Positions 35,162 through 48,153 of a DNA stretch of 64,000 bases are shown piece by piece. The position numbers and the translations under genes were made by a program. The stretch is from Mayamaea pseudoterrestris (lineage: Eukaryota), in assembly GCA_027923505.1 (NCBI GenBank), contig BROI01000014.1:682001-746000 (forward strand), read 5' to 3'. The notes under the pieces were generated by a model. The model saw nothing but the letters and a program-made list of their open reading frames with translations. It did not search any database and was not told the origin of the DNA. Each line of letters starts with the position of its first letter. The stretch's first letter is position 1.

Positions 35162-35488
35162 GCTCCAAAGGTTTTAGATGCCTTTGTCGATATCACTGCC
35201 TCGAGTCTCAAAGTGAGACGAGGATTTGGTAATTTTTACGTGTCATACGAAGAACCACTTTTTCAGATTTCAATTTAGAGACTTTGGATATGCGAAAGAG
35301 ACACTCGAATGTGTAAGTTGGGAGATGCCACCTCGCCTAAAATGGGACGACGCTCGCGGGAGATTTCTGTTGAAATGCCGCGATCCGTATTGACTGTGAG
35401 ACAGAATGATGTTTTGCCGCGACTTCATTTTAACCGCATCAATCGCATGTTCTTTGGAGCTGTACACGACAGATCAGCACTAACCAAG

Positions 35489-36511
35489 ATGGTTCCACGA
35501 AGTAGAGCAGGAGCCTGGCTGACAGCTCTTCGTTGCCTGCCGCTTTCGATTGCATGGGCTACTGGATCGCACCAGCGACCACGAGACGGAGGAAGTCGCA
35601 CGAGCCATCGTTTTGCTGCGTGCGAGCAAAGTAATTCCGAGCAACCGCTTCGAACGTTCCAAACGTCGGTCGACAAGTACTATCAGAAGCATTCTGAGCT
35701 ACCACTGCCAAAAGAAAGTCATGTTGTGCTTCCAATGTTTAGCAACAACAAGTCAAGGCGACGGGGAGTCTTGGTGATTGGCGACGTTCATGGTTGCTTT
35801 GAGGAGTTATTGGAGTTGCACGAAAAGGCCGTTATGCGTAATGATGGAATGCCATTTCAATACGTCATTTTGGTTGGTGATATGGTCAATAAAGGTCCTT
35901 ATTCGACGAGAGTTGTCCGTCATGTCAGGTCCTTGGCGTCTGAAGGGTGGAGATCCGTCCGAGGAAATCACGACAGTGGTGCGTTGCTAGCTGCTGTCGG
36001 AGAGGCGTCACGACGAGACCAGAAGAAATATCAATGGATTTTTGATGCAGACGAGCCGCTATCGGATAATGATGTGGAGTGGATGGCGGAGCTGCCGTAT
36101 ACGATACGGATACGAGGCAGTTTGCTTGAACGCGAGGACGACATTGTCGTAGTTCATGCAGGCTTTGTGCCTGGCAAGGAAATCGAATCCCAGCTCGTAT
36201 CAGACATGATCACTATTCGTAATGTCAAACTTGAAAGGGAGACGCTTGACAAGCCTATTTTTTACAGCAGAGCCGACAAGAAATCTTCCGACGCGCATCC
36301 TTGGGCATCAGTCTGGCGCGGAGAAGAATTCGTCATTTTTGGGCATGATGCCGCCAGAGGTCTACAAGAGCACGAAAAAGCGCTTGGCCTTGATACTGGA
36401 GCTTGTTACGGCAAGCTTCTTACTGGCATTATTCTCCCTCAGGAAGTTCTTGTGCATGTCCATTCGTCTAAAGTTTACTGCCCAATAAACAACAACAAGA
36501 CTAACGAATGA
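35489..36511 (+). CDS. Calcineurin-like metallophosphoesterase (ApaH/PrpE-like)
   Basis: IGDVHGC, VGDMVNKGP, VRGNHD, VVHAG, IFGHD, GLDTGACYG; start codon uncertain. Confidence 0.88.
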   Translation: MVPRSRAGAWLTALRCLPLSIAWATGSHQRPRDGGSRTSHRFAACEQSNSEQPLRTFQTSVDKYYQKHSELPLPKESHVVLPMFSNNKSRRRGVLVIGDVHGCFEELLELHEKAVMRNDGMPFQYVILVGDMVNKGPYSTRVVRHVRSLASEGWRSVRGNHDSGALLAAVGEASRRDQKKYQWIFDADEPLSDNDVEWMAELPYTIRIRGSLLEREDDIVVVHAGFVPGKEIESQLVSDMITIRNVKLERETLDKPIFYSRADKKSSDAHPWASVWRGEEFVIFGHDAARGLQEHEKALGLDTGACYGKLLTGIILPQEVLVHVHSSKVYCPINNNKTNE

Positions 36512-36669
36512 TTTGCGGTTTCACACACGAACAAACGTATATGATAAACATGAGTAGATATAGACATTCACATACAGAAATGCATTACACCAAACTAAGA
36601 CTATCAACCGAAAGTCACATTCATCTGACATAAATGCTAAGACAGAAAAGCCGATAGACTCAATGTAAT

Positions 36670-37785
36670 CTATTCCTCGCCATCACCTTCAGCGTCCAAC
36701 TCCTTCAACATCTGAGGGTCAACGTCTTCATCCATAATCTCCGAGCAAAAGTAAATGACCTGCTTGCGCCCAATCTCAAGCATCGCTCGTGGCCCCATTG
36801 CGTAGTGATGACCTTCATCCAATTTTGGGTTAATGTCCGACGATTTCATCTTCAAAATGTAGTCGCGCTTTTCGAACAAGTCAAGTGCAGCGTCGACATC
36901 AGGTGACTGCGTTCCTTTTCCTCCATTGGCTTGGGAGCTCTGCGTGACCATGCGCTTCTTTTTGGAACCAGGGTCGAGCGGTTCACTCGGAATATTATCA
37001 TCGAGTGAGTGAAGCAAAGCAAACAAGTCTTGATCTGGAATCCAACGAGAACCGTCCGCTCGCGGGGATCCCTGACAGCTGTGTAAATAGTAGAGCAGCA
37101 TGCGTTAAGCGAGTTTGTTGCCGAAGATGCGCGAGCTCAAGCGCCGAAATGACACTTACTAGATGAGACTGAGTACAATCATCAAGAGCCCGTTCAGTTT
37201 GGCAACTTCGTCATGTACCGACAGAAGTCGCTTATGATTTGCTCCTTGCTGATCAGAGAGTGGATTGACTAGATAGTATCGATTCTCATATTTCGCCGGA
37301 AGATCCTTCATCTTCTCCATGAATGCCGGAATTTTCTTCAGTTCAAATCCAAAGATGTTGTTCAGTCGAATCTGCGCTTGCTCATAAATGGCACTGGAGA
37401 GTGTACCATCAACGCCAGCTTCCTTGGCGCACTTGACGCGGTCAATAGATTCATGGGCGAGCGCTTTAAAGAGAACCGTCCGTGTTAAGTCGGCAATCGT
37501 TTGCTCACGCTTTTCTTCCGTCAAATCGAAGAGCTTGGCTTGTTCACTCGACTTGACAGCTTTGATTGCCTGACTCGCTTCCGGAAATTGCGAGCTGAGA
37601 CCAAATTGGCTGCTGCTACATGGCTCATCATCAGGCGCCTCTGTCATGTCTTGATCGTCGTCATCGTCATCATCCGAATCCATTTGCCGTTCATTGATAC
37701 GCTTGCGGTTCTTGCGCGCAGCGACTGGAATGACTGGTTTCACATCTTCGTCTTCAGAGTCTTCGAGAGTGTTACGTCGCACCAT
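36670..37785 (-). CDS. MAGE-domain protein, NSE3-like (SMC5/6 complex); intron 37079-37159
   Basis: LTRTVLFK, LNNIFGFELK, YYLVNPL, GLLMIVLSLIY, YAMGPRAMLEIG. Confidence 0.8.
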
Positions 37786-38036
37786 GGTTGCTGTGTTAAA
37801 TGAGGACCTTGAGGGATCGATGGACGCAGCGACAATTTTTGTGTCCGTGGACGAAGGTTCATCGCCGCGCCACCTGCGACTCCCCTCCGATCGCTCCTCG
37901 GTCGCGCGCAGACTGTGAAACGATGCGACATCATGGCGACCTACTTTTCACCACACGCACAGCATCGCGCAGAACAAGAACAAATCCTTGCGACCAAATC
38001 CATGTCTGTGGTCGACTTTGGACGATAACTACCACA

Positions 38037-39020
38037 ATGTCTCGCCTAAAAACTCTGTTACTGTACATATCAGGAACAATCGCATCCGTTCCATGGCAAG
38101 AAAGCCGTCAAAACGTTGTCCAGGAAGCTCGCTACGTCGATCTGCCGCCCAACGTCTTTGCATCCAGTGGTCGACTCTTGGCCGTGGAGCAAGTAGTCCC
38201 ACTGAGCGCTTTGGATGATCCATCCTACAGTTTTGTCATTGCTTTTCATACAAAGGAAGGGATTGTTGTCGTGGCCTCCCGACCAAAGTCTCCGTATCTT
38301 TTCGAAACGGCGAAGAATTCAACCACCAATTCGTCGGTTACATCAATTGATTTAGACCATGGCGCACCAAAAACTCTATTGCACAAGGCGGGCAAGATTG
38401 ACAGCTTGCCAAGAGTTTTTGATCCACCATTTGCATACTTGTCTCAAAATCTCATGGCAATAACCGCCGGGAATGCGGTCGATTCACAGATTGTTCGCCT
38501 GCTTCTTCAAAAGGCGGCAGAGTCTAGCCGACCATCACTGACACGCTTGATGGCGCGATCCTTTGCTCGATCACTTGCCGATCAGCTGCAACAACGGTCT
38601 CAGCAAGCAGGAAAGGGCCGCTTACTGGCGTCGACAGCTATTTTGATGGACGATCAGGAGCTGTGGCGAGTTGATCCGACTGGTCAGTTCTTCCAGTGTC
38701 AAGTTGCAGTCGCTGGGCGTGCAGCTGACAAAATACACGACGAGCTATTAAAGAAACTATCGAATGATGCCATGATGGACGGAAAGTATATGTCGAGGCG
38801 GCAGCTGCACGACGCTGTAAATGACCTTTCAATCAACGAATGTCTCCTGCTGGCAATACGAACGATTCAGACGGTATTTCCTTCCGACAAATCAACGAAT
38901 ACCTTGTATCTGACGGGTCTTTCTACGACAATTGGCAGCAATGGCCAGCCTTCCCAACTGGTGAAGCACAGTCATACAAACCTAATGGCGCTAGTCGAAG
39001 GAGTGGCGATCAATGCTTGA
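38037..39020 (+). CDS. Divergent 20S proteasome alpha-type subunit with N-terminal hydrophobic extension
   Basis: YVDLPPNVFASSGRLLAVE resembles the alpha-subunit YD..FSPxGRLxQVE motif; LWRVDPTGQF..AVAGR. Confidence 0.7.
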   Translation: MSRLKTLLLYISGTIASVPWQESRQNVVQEARYVDLPPNVFASSGRLLAVEQVVPLSALDDPSYSFVIAFHTKEGIVVVASRPKSPYLFETAKNSTTNSSVTSIDLDHGAPKTLLHKAGKIDSLPRVFDPPFAYLSQNLMAITAGNAVDSQIVRLLLQKAAESSRPSLTRLMARSFARSLADQLQQRSQQAGKGRLLASTAILMDDQELWRVDPTGQFFQCQVAVAGRAADKIHDELLKKLSNDAMMDGKYMSRRQLHDAVNDLSINECLLLAIRTIQTVFPSDKSTNTLYLTGLSTTIGSNGQPSQLVKHSHTNLMALVEGVAINA

Positions 39021-39113
39021 CTTCGCCGCAAAAGTAACCACGAAAACAACGATGTATCTGTCGAAAGTGGATTATCTGCTAATCGCTTATTTTGTAACAT
39101 GTTTTAAACTGCT

Positions 39114-39587
39114 TTATTGAAGTGCCTCTGGCGTACATTCGGGAAAGAATGCCTTCTTGAACGCGAGCCTTTTGAAGCAAGTAGCCAAGCAAGTCTCCCC
39201 GTTGTTCTTCATGTCGTAATCCATTGAAATGGCGCCGTCTCCGTCCAAGTCGCATTTCTTCATCATTTTGTCGACGGAACCAAGCATAGAAATGATGCCT
39301 CGAGAATACCAAGGGAGGGCATCAATCGCGCTCTGCAGCTCAGATCGTTCCAGTAGTCCATTCTGATTCGTGTCGAGGTACTGGCCAGCACATTTAACAA
39401 TGAATGGTCGACTGGGGCAAGCCTCATCCCTTTCGTTCTCAGCCACAAACACTGCGTCAACATCAACGTCAGGATTAGCGCATTGACCAGGACCAGAGGC
39501 TGCGCATTCCTTCGCGCCTACCAGTCTTACCAGCAAGCATAGGCTGAGAAGCGCGATTATTGCATGGATATGAAGAGACTTCATCAT
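39114..39587 (-). CDS. Secreted EF-hand, Cys-rich protein
   Basis: Signal peptide; EF-hand loops DTNQNGLLERSE and DLDGDGAISMD; CLATCFK. Confidence 0.8.
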   Translation of the reverse strand: MMKSLHIHAIIALLSLCLLVRLVGAKECAASGPGQCANPDVDVDAVFVAENERDEACPSRPFIVKCAGQYLDTNQNGLLERSELQSAIDALPWYSRGIISMLGSVDKMMKKCDLDGDGAISMDYDMKNNGETCLATCFKRLAFKKAFFPECTPEALQ

Positions 39588-40284
39588 GATTCTCCTGATT
39601 TGAGTGGCCGATTCAACTGTACCGGTAGTTGTGAGGTGCCGCTCATGCATCGATCGCCATCGTCGACTCATCGATATTCGATCGTCACACAGTGACGGTT
39701 TCGATGCAGAAGCAGCGGCTGGCTCCTAGAGTGATCGTGTTAAACTGCTATAGCCAATTCAGTACTAATTGAGAAAGTTTTAATCGTGTTTCTCTTTTAC
39801 CTCAATGATGTACTTAACGCTTAACAGCTAGGTTGATCAAAATCCGAACCATAGCACTCCCAGTTGAAGTTTGATCACCGCGCCACAAAGTGCTGCAAAA
39901 TCGACGACGTCGACAAAATATCGCGTATCGCACGCCCTTTTGAGCCACGAGGAAGCAGTACTTATTGTATTCCAAGCCAAAAAAAGCCAGGGCGGATAAG
40001 ACAAGGGTACTTAATCGCACGGCAAGCATAATGGATGTTGGCTAGCTTAGCATTGACTGCGAACGAACAATAAATACCGGTAGGCTATCGAGTGAGCTAA
40101 GTGGTCTACTCCGTTCTACCGGTAGTTCCGCTGCAAGCATAGGTTCGCGTATATGACAGACAAATAATGAACAATCAACTCTTTATGAACGAGTAGCTTC
40201 GTGCAAAGTCCTCGCTCAAAGTTCCCTATCGCTTCAACGGGAACACACATCATGACCGGGACTGCCAGCTGGCAGACATTTCCG

Positions 40285-41620
40285 TCATTCTGATTCATCG
40301 GGAGGAGGTGGCGGGTTTGAACGGGGTGGCACAAAAGACGCGACATCCGCTTGGCCTTGAAGTGGGATTTGTTGCAGAAGCATCTCATAAACACCTCGCA
40401 TCAGTTCCTGGCGTTGATGCTGCTCGGTATCTGGTTGCGCAACTTGAGGCTGCAACTGCTGCGGCTGCTGTAGTTGCTGAAGGGCCAACAGCTGACGTTG
40501 GAGCGGCGAAGCGGGCTGAGGTTGATTGAGCAGCTGCGTCAACTGAAGTAAAAGCAAAGAATCTTGTGGGTTTAATTGTGCGAGTCGCTGGGCCGCAAGT
40601 TGTTGCTGCTGCTGCTGCTGCTGCTGCAGTTGAGCCCTCGCAACAGCTTGCTGTAACAGAGGATGAGACTGATGCAAAAGCGGGTTGGAATGCTGATCCA
40701 TCCCACCAAGACTCGCCAATGCTGCTTGCGTATTTCTCAACTGCAACAGAGACGCATTGTTGTTTAGCATTTGGTTCGAATGCGGCAGCAAGTGTTGCAG
40801 ATGTGATTGATGCAGATTCCCCCTTTGCTCCAAGCTCATGCGGTGGTAGAAATCTTGTTCCTTGCTCTCTGTTGCGGCGGTCACTTGTGCTTGTTCAGCT
40901 TGTTCCCTCCTTCGGCCAGCGGCGGTAACGCTCCTCATGTTTGCCAGGCGAGCCTTGTTTTCTCTCTGGAAATTCTCGTTTCCAAAGTACATAACACTGT
41001 CGCGATGCTGAGGCGGTGACAAAGTCGGCTCGACTCCTGCATTATTCACTTGCCGAAAGCCCCAGCGATAGAGTTTCCGCGTAAATGAGCTAAACTTGGC
41101 TTGGCGGAAGAATAACGTGAGCCACCCACTGACCAGCTCGGTTTTACTTCGAATAACGAACGCGAGTCCATTGTTGACCCAGCCGATTGGCATTTCCTCG
41201 GGCCGCTTGCCGGTACTTGCAGCAAGCCTTTCTGCATGCATCAGCATAAGCATTAACTGAGACGAACGAAGGGAAAAGTGAGCGCTGGATGCTTCTAATA
41301 AAGCGTCAAGGCGACATATCATAAGAACCTACCTTCTCGGGAAACGACAATGTTGTGTTGTGTTCACGGACATATGTCGGCAAGTCCGCATTATCAAGTT
41401 CGCTGAACGCATGAGTATCTGCCAGTGGAGATGCCGATTGATTTTCTTCATCGGCTTTTGGTGGTATCAACGTTTCGGCTTCCCTGTCTTTCGTCTCCGA
41501 TCGTTCTGGCGAATGTACAATCGACGAAGAATTGCTGTGAGCTCCTTCCTCTACTGAACCTTCCTCCTCCGCGGTTAACTCTTGCTCAAAAATAGCCTGT
41601 GGTTTAATTTCTTTGTTCAT
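40285..41620 (-). CDS. Heat-shock-factor-type transcription factor with Q-rich tail; intron 41257-41332
   Basis: SFPEK|LMLML, IGWVNNGLAFVI, FFRQAKFSSFTRKLYRWGFRQ, NENFQR; polyQ. Confidence 0.9.
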
Positions 41621-42393
41621 CTTGTCGCAGTCGGTTTCAAAAAGGGTTGACTGGACAAAATGTTACTTTTTAGTTGCTCTACGGCAGAACAATGACACTT
41701 CACTCCAGCTTTTCGAATGCGCTGCCGTGTGATTCGTGGAATGGGTGATAAGGAGGACGCGTTATAGATTACTTCGTTATAAGTTGATGGTGCAATGGCG
41801 AATGGAGTTCTCGCTTGTATCACAACTCGCGGCAAGAGTTGCGATCAACTATCCAGTTGATAGAAACGTACCACGCGCACACCATCGTACGGTGTTCCAT
41901 TTACGATGTTTTCGCCACCGAAAGCCATCTGTTTGGCGTCGAGGCTTTAGATGACGAGCGCTTACGTTACTCACATCGAATTATAACTTGTATCACTGGA
42001 CAAAGGCAATTGCTTACAATCGTCCCGCTTCATAACTATTTTCTGCCACGCCTCTTCGAAAGCGCCACGTTGGTCGGATGGCTGTTCCACAACTCCTGCT
42101 GGCTTATCAGCGACGCGAATGTTCCTCTAAAAGAAGCAACACTGAGAAAACTTGATCATCTTGACAATTTTTGTTACTCATTTTCTGACGGTTGGCGTCA
42201 ACAAAATGTCAATCAAGTGAAGATTGATTACAGCCCTCCTTGCGTGTCCCAAAACACGAACTTTTGCTGACGTGACCGTAATTTCGAATTCCATTCGACG
42301 CCCACTCTATCCGTGAATTCAAATGACGCGGGATTGATGATCTACTTTTGACAGCCAAAACGAGGTTGCACAGATACAATTGGTAGTGTCTCT

Positions 42394-44189
42394 TTACCCT
42401 TTAATCTCCATCTCCAGTATCACAGGGCAATGATCGCTCCCGATGTGATCGGCTGCCATATAAGAATCCCTCACTATCACATTGGATGCCTCGTCGAAAA
42501 AGGTGGGATGGCAGATGAAGTAGTCTAGGCGCAGCCCCTTGTTAGGCTCGCGATTCCCAGCTCGCTGCGACCAGTAGCTGTAATGTCCTGGAGTAAATGT
42601 TGTTTTGTAGAAGAGTAAGATAGCAATTTTTCATAGTTCAATCCAACGCACTCTCACGTACGTACCTTTGGCCATCGGATGTAGTCGGCGAAAAGCATCA
42701 ATCCAACCAGAATCTAGCATTCGTTGAAATGATGCGCGCTCTTCAGGGGTGACGCCTGCTTGCTTGGGAAGATGCTTGGCCCCGTCATTCCAAACTTCGA
42801 GGTGCGTATGAGCCACATTGAGATCGCCCAACCACATGAGTGGAACGCCACGCTCCTTTTGCAACCGTTCCATCGTCGCAAGCAAGTCAGTATCCCATTC
42901 ACCAATTCTGTATTGAAGACGTTTCAAATCTTGACCACTGTTGGGGACGTAAACATTGCATATTGAGAATAAAGGAAACTCGACATAAATAAGACGGCCT
43001 TCCGTGTCGTGCTTGGCATGTCCCATTTCAAGTGCAACCTTGACTGGCGCGACGAGATTCGTAATGCCACTCGCTTGCTCCTCCTTTGGTTTACCCGCTG
43101 TAGCCCCACCGAAAAAGGAATCCAGCGTCTTTTGCTTTTTGGCCGTATTCCCTCGTCGCTTGATAAAAACGGCCGTTCCCGAGTAACCCTTCTTCTCAGT
43201 GCTACAGGAGTAATACGCATCATAGCCCTCGTCCACCAGCAAATGCCCACGAATCTTTAGTTTCGGGTCATCCAAATGCATTTCCTGTAGCTTGGTTTCC
43301 TGAAGGCAGAGTACATCGAGATCGTACTTGTTTACCAGCTCGGCCAACGAGTTGGGATGGTTCTTCAAAAGCGCTCGAAGACCCGCCACGTTCCATGACG
43401 CAATCTTGAATGCTGCGAAATGAAAGTTTGACAGTGAGACAAACGTTTTGAGTACAAATACGACTTTGCAACAAATGAGTAAGCAGTAATGATCGACGTA
43501 CTGTGTGATCCATTCGCCCGAGCCTTGTCCGCGTCCCAAAGTTTTGGTAACTCATCGCGCTCCGTGAGGACCTGATGCGCCACCTTTTTGACCTTGACAC
43601 GGGGAGACTCTGCAGTTGAATCAATCTCCGTCGTGGCAGTTGCTTTTGTAGTAACTTTCTTTCTAGTTTTGACTGGTGTATCGGTGGCAACTGCATCATC
43701 CGTGTCAACAGCATTCTTGACAATTTCCTTGTTCGCATTGCGAGAGGGTTTGGCTGCGCCGGTCACACTATCCGCAACGGCAGTCTCCTTGATGATCATC
43801 TTGCGAGGCGCCCTTTTCTTGGCCGGTTCATCCGTAACCTTCGTTTCGGCAACGATATCTTTCTTGGTCGGTGCTCGTTTTCGCTTGCTTGCAACGTCCA
43901 CTGGCGTCACTTTGGTAGCAGCAGCAACAGCAGCATCAGTCTGCTCGTCAATTGACTTTTTCTTCAGGGATGGCGCCATGCTGTCTGTAAAATGACGCGT
44001 GCTGATGCGGCTCTGACTTTGGAACGACGAACGACAAGGATGCTGGAGGAGCAGTGCGCGAACAACGAATGAATGAGCGCGACGAGGTCGAGCTATCGAG
44101 AGCAAGACGTTAATGGTCAGAGTAAGCTTCAACAATTTGAGCCGATGAATGATTGGATGTTTAGGTACCAGCGTTTGCTTCGTCGACAT
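42394..44189 (-). CDS. AP endonuclease, ExoIII/APE1 family; introns 43413-43501 and 42588-42665
   Basis: KIASWNVAGLRA, LCLQETK, KKGYSG, EGR, YVPNSG, GDLNVAH, YSYWSQR..GLRLDYF, GSDHCPV; long K/A/T-rich N-terminal extension; start uncertain. Confidence 0.9.
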
Positions 44190-44240
44190 CAAAAGCGCTT
44201 TGGCTAGGAATGGCGATTTTGACGAGTGCGCTTGTGGCAG

Positions 44241-44268
44241 CGCGGCGCGGCGCGGCGCGGCGGCGCGG
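44241..44268. repeat. (CGCGG)n microsatellite in the divergent APE/HflX intergenic region
   Basis: cgcggcgcggcgcggcgcggcggcgcgg. Confidence 0.8.
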
Positions 44269-44450
44269 AATTGCGACACCTAAAAAAAATGTCGTAGCGG
44301 TTCACCAGTCCCGTGCGTCCATGCAGTCACGCAATCACCTCCACCAAGCCGCCAGCACACAACGCGGAACACCGAAACAATCACGCAAACTACTACTGCC
44401 GAGTCGCTCTTGATCGCTCTTGCGGTGCCACGGGACTATAGTCTAGCAAC

Positions 44451-46352
44451 ATGACAATAAGAAGAGAGAACAGCAAAGCGAATGGAGTTGCTACAATATT
44501 GCTGGTGGCTTGGGGCGCGACGGCCGTCGAAGCGTTTCGCTCGATTGGAGTTGATTATCAGACACGACGGCAAGGTGCATACTCATTGTCTGTCCGCCAC
44601 ATGACTCCAAATCCAGCATCTCGAGATTTGTTCGCTGACGAAGAGTCAGCCCTTGGATTTCTAGACTCTACGTTTGATGCTGCTGCAGCACCTCTTTCAT
44701 TCTATGACATTGACGACGAAGACGAATCCGAGCAATCTTCATTTGCCGACTTTGACGCAAGATTGGAACTGAACGAGGATGAAGATTCAAGATCCATGTT
44801 TGATGGATTTGAACGTGAGGAATCAGAAATATTGGACGAGCGAGAGTCCCGACTTTACGAGCATTCCAAAACGATTGAGCGATGCGTACTGGTCGGCGTG
44901 GAGGACGTGACAGCAAAGAGAAGGAGTCGTTATATGCAGCAAGCACTTGATGAATCCAAAAGTGGCTATAGCAATGCCGAGAATATTTTGGAGAAGGAGT
45001 TGTACTTTACTCTTGATGAAAGTTTGTCGGAAATGAGAGAGCTTATCAAAACAGCCGGTATGGAAGTGGCCGGCGAGGTTACGCAGCGTTTAAACGATAT
45101 CAATCCGAAGTTTTACGTCAATACAGGCAAGGTGGAGGAAGCAAAGGAAATGCTACTGAAAATGAACTGCAAAACAATTGTTTTTGACGCCGAGCTTTCG
45201 CCTGGACAGCAAAAGTCGTTAGAGAATGCCTTTAACAAGAAGCTGATCCAGAATGATTTTTTGGTGTCGGAACAAGAGATTAAAGTCATTGATCGGACTG
45301 CTCTCATTCTCGATATCTTTGCACAGCATGCCAAAACCAAGGAAGGCAAGCTGCAGGTTGATTTGGCCCTGCACGAATATCGCAAGCCGCGGTTGACAAA
45401 AATGTGGACGCATTTGGAGCGACAGTCGGGGGCAGGTGGCGTCGGACTTCGTGGACCGGGAGAATTGCAGCTTGAGATTGATAAGCGTCTTATTCGGGAC
45501 CGCATTAATACGTTAAAAACCAAGATTAATGAGATTGGAAAGCAGCGCACTATGCGGCGCCGTGGCCGTGAGCGCTTGGGATTGCCACTGCTCAGTTTGG
45601 TCGGGTACACAAACTCTGGTAAATCCACCCTGCTGAATTACTTGACTCGTGCCGGTGTCATGGCAGAGTCGATGCTGTTTGCGACGCTTGATCCAACGAC
45701 ACGCAAGGTGAAATTGCCTGGATACAAGACGCATCCAGAGGTACTTCTCACGGACACGGTTGGATTTATTCAAAAGCTCCCTACGCACCTGGTTGCGGCC
45801 TTTCGTGCGACTCTTGAGGAAGTCAAAGACTCTGACATACTGGTGCATGTTATTGACGTGTCAAATCCTTCTTGGGAAAAGCAGGAAGCGTCGGTTCGTT
45901 CGGTGCTGGCCGACATGGGTTGCGGAAACAAGCCGATCGTTCGCGTTTTGAACAAGATTGATCTCTTGGACCGCAACAAGGCTGAGTATTTAAGGCTTGG
46001 TGCTTCTCAGATTGAACATACAGTTGCAGTTTCAGCATTGAGTGGCGATGGTTTGGCGGACTTGGTTGCTTGTGTAGAAGACGCTTTGGCTGAGCTTTTG
46101 GTGTCCATAGAAGTACTGATTCCGTACGCCAAGGGAGACGAGCTCAATACGCTCCACGAGCAGGGCAATGTTGACCTCGTTGAATACCAAGAGGCTGGGA
46201 CCTACGTGCGAGCATTGGTGCCCCAAGCCATTGCTAATCGGTTAGAGCAATACAGCTTGCTCGAAAGCGCGAGGATAGAGGAGACGCAAGATGACCATGA
46301 GACTGATTGGGTTGGTATTGGTCGAGGACGACACACTGCGACAGTCGATTGA
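44451..46352 (+). CDS. hflX: GTPase HflX, probably plastid-targeted
   Basis: [68 protein letters not shown]; signal peptide ending VEA-F. Confidence 0.93.
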   Translation: MTIRRENSKANGVATILLVAWGATAVEAFRSIGVDYQTRRQGAYSLSVRHMTPNPASRDLFADEESALGFLDSTFDAAAAPLSFYDIDDEDESEQSSFADFDARLELNEDEDSRSMFDGFEREESEILDERESRLYEHSKTIERCVLVGVEDVTAKRRSRYMQQALDESKSGYSNAENILEKELYFTLDESLSEMRELIKTAGMEVAGEVTQRLNDINPKFYVNTGKVEEAKEMLLKMNCKTIVFDAELSPGQQKSLENAFNKKLIQNDFLVSEQEIKVIDRTALILDIFAQHAKTKEGKLQVDLALHEYRKPRLTKMWTHLERQSGAGGVGLRGPGELQLEIDKRLIRDRINTLKTKINEIGKQRTMRRRGRERLGLPLLSLVGYTNSGKSTLLNYLTRAGVMAESMLFATLDPTTRKVKLPGYKTHPEVLLTDTVGFIQKLPTHLVAAFRATLEEVKDSDILVHVIDVSNPSWEKQEASVRSVLADMGCGNKPIVRVLNKIDLLDRNKAEYLRLGASQIEHTVAVSALSGDGLADLVACVEDALAELLVSIEVLIPYAKGDELNTLHEQGNVDLVEYQEAGTYVRALVPQAIANRLEQYSLLESARIEETQDDHETDWVGIGRGRHTATVD

Positions 46353-46471
46353 TGTTTTCAATAGACGAAGATAATAACGCCAGCAGTAGCAATACAGAAG
46401 TGCATACATATTATTCTATCGCATCGCTTGTATTAGCGTGTTCTGACGTACCATTAATGTGATATTGCCAA

Positions 46472-47782
46472 TTAAACATCTTTGCTAATGTCAAGCCCAT
46501 TGTACTTTCCATAAACATCAAGCTTTACACATGGCCACGTCGATGATAGGTTTATTGCCAAGTGATCCACTTTGTCGTACAAGCCCAATGCTCCTCCAGT
46601 GTGCCAAAAAAGAATATTCTTCTCACAGTAATTTTCTGGTCGACGCTCCATCTCGAGCATAAAGTTGTATAGAGCTTTACCTGAGTAGACAGGATCCAGC
46701 ACGATCCCAGTTGCCTGAGCGAACGATGCCGTAAACTCTAGTTCGTCCAGAGTAGCCACGGCGTATCCGTCACCCTTGCCTTGATGTATCGTCAAGTGGT
46801 TGCGGACAAAATCTTCAGTTGTCATTTGCTCCGGCGGCACGAATCCCATTTCATCAGCAATACCAGCAATAAAGGCATAGAAATAGTTTGGATCGTCGCA
46901 AACGCCTACGGCATGGACTTGCGGAGCATTGCGTTCGAACGACTTGAAAGCCAGCGCAATCCCGATGGCAATTCCACAAGCTGTACCTCCACTTCCGCAG
47001 GCAAATACGATGTGGTCCAACGATGGTTGCGATTCAATGGCGTTCCACTGCTGTACAAGCTCGTCGACTGCCTGAATGTAACCCCACGAGCCTAATCCAT
47101 TGCTTCCTCCCACTGGAATTTTGTAGGGACGTTTTCCTTGCTGCTCCAGATGCGCAGCCACTCGCTCAAGCAGCTGCATCGATCCTAGTCGTCCATATTC
47201 TCCCGCTGTGCATGTGTAAATGGCGCTGCCAACCATGCGATCCATGAGCAAGTTGCCAATGAAACCAATGTCGTCTCGATCTTCATTGTTGGCAAAATTT
47301 TTCGTCACTTTCTTCTTGACAGTCCGCAGAATCAAATGCGGCTCCAAGCCCACCATGCGCGCCGCCGCTGCTGTTGCCCGACAGTGATTGCTTTGCTCGC
47401 CTCCAATGGTCAAAATCGAGTCGCATTTTCGAGACAATGCATCCGCCAAGAGAAACTCGAGCTTGCGAATCTTGTTGCCTCCAAGCTCGACGCCGCCAGT
47501 GGCATCGTCGCGTTTGATAAATAGAGTTGTATTGAGAGATTGGAGCTTGCTGATGAATGAATTTGATTGCGATGAAGAGTAGAGTAACTGGTAGAGTGGA
47601 GTCGGAAGATTGGCCAACTTTAAGCGTCCATTCCTTGGGTTATTGGCCAGGGCCGTCTTGGCCCATAATGGAGGTTTGTATGGAAATGACTTTGTCGGCA
47701 GCGACATGGATCGGACAGCAATTAAGTTTGGAAGGCAGCAATATAGTAATCGTTTCGGATGAGAGCGAGCAATGAGCATCAT
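46472..47782 (-). CDS. D-cysteine desulfhydrase / ACC-deaminase family PLP enzyme
   Basis: LPTPL, IKRDD..GGNKIRKLEF, GGEQSNHCR, IPVGGSN, ACGSGGT, LDPVYSGKA, HTGG; start uncertain. Confidence 0.9.
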   Translation of the reverse strand: MMLIARSHPKRLLYCCLPNLIAVRSMSLPTKSFPYKPPLWAKTALANNPRNGRLKLANLPTPLYQLLYSSSQSNSFISKLQSLNTTLFIKRDDATGGVELGGNKIRKLEFLLADALSRKCDSILTIGGEQSNHCRATAAAARMVGLEPHLILRTVKKKVTKNFANNEDRDDIGFIGNLLMDRMVGSAIYTCTAGEYGRLGSMQLLERVAAHLEQQGKRPYKIPVGGSNGLGSWGYIQAVDELVQQWNAIESQPSLDHIVFACGSGGTACGIAIGIALAFKSFERNAPQVHAVGVCDDPNYFYAFIAGIADEMGFVPPEQMTTEDFVRNHLTIHQGKGDGYAVATLDELEFTASFAQATGIVLDPVYSGKALYNFMLEMERRPENYCEKNILFWHTGGALGLYDKVDHLAINLSSTWPCVKLDVYGKYNGLDISKDV

Positions 47783-48153
47783 GTTGGTCGGGAAGAAAGT
47801 AGTGATGGGCGCGCCAGTTCCAGCGTCCGTTTCTAAGATCATCCTGTTACGCGTCGCTGCGGGACTAAGTGTCGCACCGTTGATTGATGGACGACCATCA
47901 CCGCGGGGCGGGGAGGTGGTAGGATCAATGGTTTTACAATGTCTGCAACGACTTTTCCCTCCGACATGCCAACAGCAGACTATACAAATTGACTGCCCGG
48001 GCAACCACATATGGGTCATTGGAGTAACTTCATCGCCAATACAGTCGCACCAAGTTACACCCATTAATGTCGTGAAGCATGTCCGGATATATCCTACCAC
48101 AATAAACCGTCCTTCCGCCTCATTTTTAATCCTCTCTCATTCTGTATTCCGGA

